This document shows, in pieces, positions 58,552 to 64,000 of a stretch of DNA of 64,000 nucleotides. The stretch is taken from positions 3,840,001-3,904,000 of the forward strand of contig OZ242195.1 in the NCBI GenBank assembly GCA_965205975.1. Direction: 5' to 3'. The DNA is from Candidatus Latescibacterota bacterium (GTDB lineage Bacteria > Latescibacterota > UBA2968). Each line of letters opens with the position of its first letter. The stretch's first letter is position 1. Position numbers and translations under genes: made by a program. Below the pieces are notes generated by a model that searched no databases, had not been told where the DNA came from, and saw only the letters and a program-made list of their open reading frames with translations.

Positions 58552-60191
58552 CACACCACACCATGCCCGCGGGTGCGTCGTTCTCGCCTGGGGCGAATCG
58601 GTGCTGCGCGCACCACATTTTCCGGATCGTAATCCAGCAACTTCAACCAATCCTCTGTATTATCCGTCGGCGGGAAAATCTCATTCTCGCTATACTCCGT
58701 CTCAATCCCCGCGAGCAAATCGTCAAAACCAATCCCATCTTCCGCGCCAGAAGCAATACACCGCTTAATCGCAATCTCCTTCGCACGCTGCGCAATAGAC
58801 TCGAGAATTGCCCCACTACACAGATCTCCGCGACTCAACACTTCCTTCCGACCGCTTCTAAGCGTCACCTCCAAAAAACGCGTATCATCGCGCCTGGCAT
58901 ATATCTCTGCAATCGCGCGCGCCACCAGATCGTCAACTGCTGCCCGCACATTGCCATCATGCACATTTAACGCAGCCTCTGACAGCGGCAAATCAGCCGT
59001 CAAATAAATACCCAAAATCTCGCGCGCCGCATCCATATCCGGTCGAATAACCTTGATCTTGCGATCAATTCTCCCCGGACGCAAAATCGCCGGATCGATC
59101 AAATCTGGACGATTGGACGTCAAAATAATCACCACATCTTGCAGTGACTCGATCCCATCCATCTCGGAACAAAACATCGGCACAACCGTATTTGAAATAT
59201 TGTGCGACCGAATTGCCCGCCGCGTCCCCAAAACCGACTCTGCCTCGTCGATAAACACCACCGGCAAAAATCCCTCGCGCCGCTTCTCCCGCGCCTGGGA
59301 GAAAATCTCGCGCACCTTGCGTTCAGACTCTCCCAACCACATATTCAAAATCTCAGGACCCTTAATATGCATAAAACACGCCTTGAGATTCAGGCCGTCT
59401 TCCTGCACCTGCCGCTCCAGATTGTACGCCGTCGCCTTCCCAATCAGCGTCTTGCCACACCCCGGCGGACCGTACAACAAAAACCCCTTGGGCGTACTGT
59501 ACTGAAACCGCTTAAACAACTCTGGATGCAACACCGGCATCTCAATCGTATCTTTAATCGCCTGAATCGCATCCTTTTGTCCACCGATCTTCTCCCACGG
59601 CAAATCGGGCACTTCCTCCAAATAAAAATCCTTAACCTCGCACATCTTCTCCAGCGCCACGCGAAAATGCGGATCGATACGCACCTCTTCGCCCGCCTTC
59701 AAAGCCTCGGCCTCCAGATCTGCCCCTCGCAGCAGAACATGCGTCTGCGAACCGTGCTCTTGCCCCACCTGCAAACGCCCATCGTCCAGCACATCGACAA
59801 TTTTGCCCACAGTCCCCGACGGAGACTCCCCCATATCGCCCACCACGGCAAACGCCTCATTGACCAGCACGCGCGTACCCACCCTCAAACTGCGGTCATC
59901 CAACCGCGAATCCACATTCGCATAATACTCCGCCCCCCCCACCGTAAGATACGCGATACCATTCTCTGGCGGTGCCAACAGCGTCCCCACCCGATTGGCC
60001 GGAGCCGTCACCTTCTCCAGCGCCCCTTCCAGCTCCACAATCGTGCGCCTCGCCTCTTCAAACGTAATCTCATCTTCCTGAAGCTGCCGACGCAACTGGT
60101 ACAACAGGGGCCGCCGTCGATCCGTCTCATCCATCGTCATCAAAATTTGATCGATAATCGACAACGACTGAAACGTATGCTGCATATCCAC
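58551..60191 (-). CDS. arc: Proteasome-associated AAA ATPase (ARC/Mpa); the true start may be the ATC at 60251
   Basis: Coiled coil and OB region, GPPGCGKT, FIDEAES, 'SNRPDLIDPAILRPGRID'. Confidence 0.93.
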   Translation of the reverse strand: MDMQHTFQSLSIIDQILMTMDETDRRRPLLYQLRRQLQEDEITFEEARRTIVELEGALEKVTAPANRVGTLLAPPENGIAYLTVGGAEYYANVDSRLDDRSLRVGTRVLVNEAFAVVGDMGESPSGTVGKIVDVLDDGRLQVGQEHGSQTHVLLRGADLEAEALKAGEEVRIDPHFRVALEKMCEVKDFYLEEVPDLPWEKIGGQKDAIQAIKDTIEMPVLHPELFKRFQYSTPKGFLLYGPPGCGKTLIGKATAYNLERQVQEDGLNLKACFMHIKGPEILNMWLGESERKVREIFSQAREKRREGFLPVVFIDEAESVLGTRRAIRSHNISNTVVPMFCSEMDGIESLQDVVIILTSNRPDLIDPAILRPGRIDRKIKVIRPDMDAAREILGIYLTADLPLSEAALNVHDGNVRAAVDDLVARAIAEIYARRDDTRFLEVTLRSGRKEVLSRGDLCSGAILESIAQRAKEIAIKRCIASGAEDGIGFDDLLAGIETEYSENEIFPPTDNTEDWLKLLDYDPENVVRAAPIRPRRERRTRGHGVV

Positions 60192-60292
60192 ATAGTCCTG
60201 AAGAAAATCTTCAGGTGACTTTCTCTGACGATCAGAATCATTGGTATTGATGGGTCACCTCCGGATCAGGATGTGCAGGAAAGATTTTCTGA

Positions 60293-60321
60293 AGAATACC
60301 ATATCTCAAAACCCGTGTCAA
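60293..60321 (-). promoter_or_regulatory. Sigma70-like promoter of the UBact-proteasome operon
   Basis: TTGACA-17 bp-TATTCT with a TG extended -10. Confidence 0.7.
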
Positions 60322-60351
60322 GCCGCGAGACGGGCGAGGCATGCCTCGCCC

Positions 60352-61281
60352 CTACTCCTTCTCCAACTTCTCTAACTTGCGCTCCATATCGATCTTAACC
60401 TCGGCGACAATATTGGCAATCGGATCCCGCTTCCCCGCTTTAATCACCACGGGCCTATCGATATTAAAATGCACCTTGTGCTCCATCACCAGGCCGCGCG
60501 TCGCATCGATCACCCACGACCCCCCGCCTGTACCCTTCCCATTGTAATACAAAGAAGCCGCACTCACATCGATCCACCCCGCGTACATCACCTCACTATC
60601 CTCATCGATATGCACCTCCACGCGCCCCTTCTCCTGCTTGATATTCTTCACCTCATACGTACTCTTAATTTTAATCTCCGAATCGCGCCCCAGCATATCC
60701 ATACTCGCAAAAGGACGCCAAAAAACGCGCTCCCCCGTCCAGGTATCGCCCTTATTAACCGGACCCTCTGGCAAAACCGGTGCAAACGCCGGCATCGCCC
60801 CCTGGTACATATCCGTAATCAAATCCTGCCGCTCCACGCGAAACGCGGGAAAATCCGGCTCGAACTTCTGCGCTATGCCCTCGGGCGTCACCTGCCAGGT
60901 AAAAACCCTGTCATTAAACATATCAAACGTAAACGGAAACTGCTCATACGTCTGCTTCTCACCCAGAAAAATCGCTGCACTCGCCCCCTTTTTAATCTCA
61001 GCGCGGATCCCCATCACCCCTTCGGGAATCGTCCGCCCCGGCAATGCCCGGGGCACAACCACCTCTTCATGGCTGCGCCACTCATTATCTATAATCACGC
61101 GAATATGCCCGCTCCGCATCACAATCTGCTCGCCCTGATTGCTGTAATACTCCACCCGGAACTTGTGCTTATATCGCGCCTTGCGTCCTTCCGGAAACTT
61201 CAATGCCAGCACAGTGGGTTGCGCCCAACAATCGGCGGCAACACCGGCGAGTAACCCGAGAACAATCGTTAATTTCCACAT
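60352..61281 (-). CDS. Exported hypothetical protein
   Basis: Signal peptide; 'LPEGPVNKGDTW'; SD GGAGG. Confidence 0.65.
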   Translation of the reverse strand: MWKLTIVLGLLAGVAADCWAQPTVLALKFPEGRKARYKHKFRVEYYSNQGEQIVMRSGHIRVIIDNEWRSHEEVVVPRALPGRTIPEGVMGIRAEIKKGASAAIFLGEKQTYEQFPFTFDMFNDRVFTWQVTPEGIAQKFEPDFPAFRVERQDLITDMYQGAMPAFAPVLPEGPVNKGDTWTGERVFWRPFASMDMLGRDSEIKIKSTYEVKNIKQEKGRVEVHIDEDSEVMYAGWIDVSAASLYYNGKGTGGGSWVIDATRGLVMEHKVHFNIDRPVVIKAGKRDPIANIVAEVKIDMERKLEKLEKE

Positions 61282-61329
61282 AAGCACCTCCTAAACGATC
61301 ACGGATGAAAGCCTGCCCCTCATCTCATA

Positions 61330-61548
61330 CCAACTCAGGTGGTAAAGATGCTTCGGCTGCGCTCAGCATGACAAAACACCACTCGCCAACTCAGGTGGAA
61401 CAGATGCTTCGGCTGCGCTCAGCATGACAAAACACCACTCGCCAACTCAGGTGGAACAGATGCTTCGGCTGCGCTCAGCATGACAAAACACCACTCGCCA
61501 ACTCAGGTGGAACAGATGCTTCGGCTACGCTCAGCATGACAAAACACC
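61330..61548. repeat. Tandem repeat, about 4 x 56 bp
   Basis: Units start at 61330, 61386, 61442 and 61498: CCAACTCAGGTGGAACAGATGCTTCGGCTGCGCTCAGCATGACAAAACACCACTCG. Confidence 0.95.
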
Positions 61549-61588
61549 GGACATCCGTAACATCAGGTATTAATTTTAAAACAGCTTC

Positions 61589-62602
61589 CTACCTCCTACT
61601 TCGCGTGCGCTTCACCCGCACGGGGCGCCCGCCTTTTTCTGCCGACTCCCATGCGGCCTCGGTCAACTGAATCACGCGCAAACCGCACACGGGCGGCACC
61701 TGAACTTCATCGCGTCCCAAAATCGCATCCACAAAATTTTGATCTGGACTCACAAACCGCGACGGCAAACTATCCGCATCCACCTCTACCGGTGCGCTGC
61801 CGCCGTATTTGCACGTCACCTTTCCATTGCGGGAATAAATCGCCCCCTTTGTGCCCCAAATCGTAATATCCTCCCACATCCCCGGACCGGGACCTGTACC
61901 CACAACAGAAAAATTCGCCAACGCACCATTTTCAAACACAATCGACAGCGCCGAATTGATATCCACCTCTGTATCCAGATAATCCATAAACGCCGACACG
62001 CGCGCAGGCGCCTGATCCACCATCCACAGCACAATATCCAGCAAATGGCTCCCCGAATCATTCAACTGCCCCCCGCCCGACAGCGCGTGAACCTGTCGCC
62101 ACTTCCCCTGTTGATTCGCATACCAGTGCTGATCTTGCATCGCCTGAATAAACTGAACCTCTCCGATCTCCCCCGCCTGAATCTGATTCCGCATAAACCG
62201 AAACGTCGGCGCCAGATGCCGTTGATAGGACACCATCAAAACGCGATCCACCTCCTCGGCCTTATCCATCACCTGAAACGCGTGATCAACCGTACACACC
62301 ATCGGCTTCTCTGTCAGCACATGCAGACCCTTATCCAGACTATCCATAATCTGTTCAAAATGCAACGTATGCGGCGTAGAAATCTCTGTCGCATCCATCG
62401 CCACCTCATTCAGCATCTCCTTGTGATCTGCAAACCTCGGCAACTGCTCTGCCTGGGGCACGCGCTCAAACAACCTTGCAAAACTCGCCTCACTCGGATC
62501 TGCCAGCGCCACAACCTCCACATCCTGCATCTTCATCAACCGCCCGAGGTGACCGCCCATATTGCCACCACACCCGATCAAGCCCATTCGCACCTTCTCC
62601 AT
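61589..62602 (-). CDS. Gfo/Idh/MocA oxidoreductase
   Basis: GLIGCGG, TPHTLH, HVLTEKPM, GGGQLNDSGSHLLD. Confidence 0.92.
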   Translation of the reverse strand: MEKVRMGLIGCGGNMGGHLGRLMKMQDVEVVALADPSEASFARLFERVPQAEQLPRFADHKEMLNEVAMDATEISTPHTLHFEQIMDSLDKGLHVLTEKPMVCTVDHAFQVMDKAEEVDRVLMVSYQRHLAPTFRFMRNQIQAGEIGEVQFIQAMQDQHWYANQQGKWRQVHALSGGGQLNDSGSHLLDIVLWMVDQAPARVSAFMDYLDTEVDINSALSIVFENGALANFSVVGTGPGPGMWEDITIWGTKGAIYSRNGKVTCKYGGSAPVEVDADSLPSRFVSPDQNFVDAILGRDEVQVPPVCGLRVIQLTEAAWESAEKGGRPVRVKRTRSRR

Positions 62603-62745
62603 TTATGTCTCCTTTTAAATGCAACCACAGATGAACACAGATAAACACGGATAAATGACGGGCGAGGCATGCCTCGCCCCTACAGGTGTTCACACTTCAA
62701 CCATCGTGCTCGAATATAGTTTCACATATATAATACCGCAATAAC

Positions 62746-62786
62746 AAAAAAAAGGCCACTGGACAAAATGTCCAGTAGCCTTTTTA
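62746..62786. terminator. Intrinsic terminator (minus strand or bidirectional)
   Basis: A-tract-GGCCACTGGACA-loop-TGTCCAGTAGCC-T-tract. Confidence 0.75.
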
Positions 62787-62880
62787 AATCGGCACCGTCC
62801 CAGGAATCGGCGCCATCCTCACGGGCGTAAAATTTTACGCCCCTACAATCATCTGCGTACATCTGCGTACATCTGCGGAT

Positions 62881-64000
62881 CTATTTCAACAACAGCATCT
62901 TCTGGATCGCGGTATTTGGACCCGCTTTGATCTTGGCAATATAAACGCCACTACCAACACTGCGGCCCATAAAGTCCTTCGCATCCCACTGGACGCTATA
63001 GCGACCCGCTGTATAATGCTGACTCACGAGATGACGAATCTCCTGCCCAATCGCATCGTAAATGATAATTGACACATCTGCGTCAGCGGGCAAATCGTAG
63101 GAAATCGTCGTTCTCGGATTAAACGGATTGGGATAAACAGCCGACGCAAATTCTGTGGGCAGAATGAAACGCGCGCCCAACAGCACCTCAATCGGATTCG
63201 ACAGATTAACCGTCCCATCCAGATCAACCTGCTCGAGAACATAATAAACGATCTCAGCAGCCGGAAGGCTCGTATCCTCAAACATATAATCCATCAACTG
63301 ATCGGTCGTACCGGCACCCGCGATAAGCTCGCTGACCACCTCGTAGGTCTCTCCATCCGTACTGCGAAGCACGCGGAAACCCGCATTATTGGTCTGCGAA
63401 GCCGTCGCCCAATTGAGCACCACGCGGTTTTCGACCACGGATCCGACAAACGACGACAACTCAATCGGCACCTGCTCGTCAAACTGAACCGTCACCTCCT
63501 GAGAAGCCATGCCATCGGAAGCCGTCACCTTCACAACAGCCGAACCGAGACCTGTCGCAGTCAAAACATAGACATTCTGCATATCCATTTCCGGGTGGCC
63601 ATCAATCATAGCCGCGCCTTCTACAGTATGCGCAAAAGTAATCTTCGCACCCTCGGCAAAACCCAGAGCTGTAATTTTAATCGTCGCAGAATCACCGCGC
63701 GGAATCGTCGCAATATGCGCAGACACCTCCAGCCGCGGACCGAAATTATACATCACCGGTGCGGGATTCATCAGCATAGTCTCTTCGCCAGAACCGAGAA
63801 CTGCTCTAAACGACTCGACAGAAACCGTAAACGGCACAGCCTCTTCACCCGTCGTCAGCTTCAGCGTGCCCAAAAAACCACCATTGGACAGCATCACAGC
63901 TTCTTCGGAACCGACATCGATCTGATTACCGGAAATACCCAACAGCGTCATACCCTCAGCAGGGTCAAAACCCGTAATCATCGCCGCAGAAGCCGGATCA
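62881..64000 (-). CDS. C-terminal part of a secreted protein with a FlgD-Ig/T9SS-A-like sorting domain (5' end outside the window)
   Basis: 'VPIELSSF', 'LNWATASQTNNAGF', 'YPNPFNPRTTISYDLP', 'SGVY..K...KMLLLK'. Confidence 0.85.
   Translation of the reverse strand, partial: DPASAAMITGFDPAEGMTLLGISGNQIDVGSEEAVMLSNGGFLGTLKLTTGEEAVPFTVSVESFRAVLGSGEETMLMNPAPVMYNFGPRLEVSAHIATIPRGDSATIKITALGFAEGAKITFAHTVEGAAMIDGHPEMDMQNVYVLTATGLGSAVVKVTASDGMASQEVTVQFDEQVPIELSSFVGSVVENRVVLNWATASQTNNAGFRVLRSTDGETYEVVSELIAGAGTTDQLMDYMFEDTSLPAAEIVYYVLEQVDLDGTVNLSNPIEVLLGARFILPTEFASAVYPNPFNPRTTISYDLPADADVSIIIYDAIGQEIRHLVSQHYTAGRYSVQWDAKDFMGRSVGSGVYIAKIKAGPNTAIQKMLLLK

Noticed and set aside
61330..61548. CRISPR array
   Set aside because: The putative spacers are identical, so it is a tandem repeat, and there are no cas genes in the window.

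Overview
Bacterial chromosomal window. The gene content (UBact-proteasome operon, dockerin-like and FlgD/'YPNPFN' C-terminal domains, several sulfatases and PhyH dioxygenases) suggests a Gram-negative Latescibacterota/Handelsmanbacteria/Poribacteria-like organism; this is inference only. The left end is a defence island: an IS3 element inserted into the 3' end of an Abi_C-like gene, hsdS, orphan higA, hsdM and a Schlafen/AlbA_2-HATPase gene. A low-GC convergent Type II R-M pair follows. The middle holds metabolic genes (uronate isomerase-like, four PhyH-family Fe/2OG enzymes, cysC, acnA, gpmI, three sulfatases, ADH, TRAP transporter, NamZ), a redoxin plus haem-c/copper-monooxygenase pair, a tandem queF plus catalytically degenerate queF paralogue, and several small toxin-antitoxin cassettes. 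The right end has a complete arc-dop-ubact-prcB-prcA-pafA operon whose leader has a strong SD in front of an in-frame ATC codon and competing hairpins, plus a 4x56-bp tandem repeat. Intergenic spaces carry many REP-like elements, almost all in one orientation. No rRNA, tRNA or CRISPR array was recognised. All family assignments come from visual motif recognition, not database searches.
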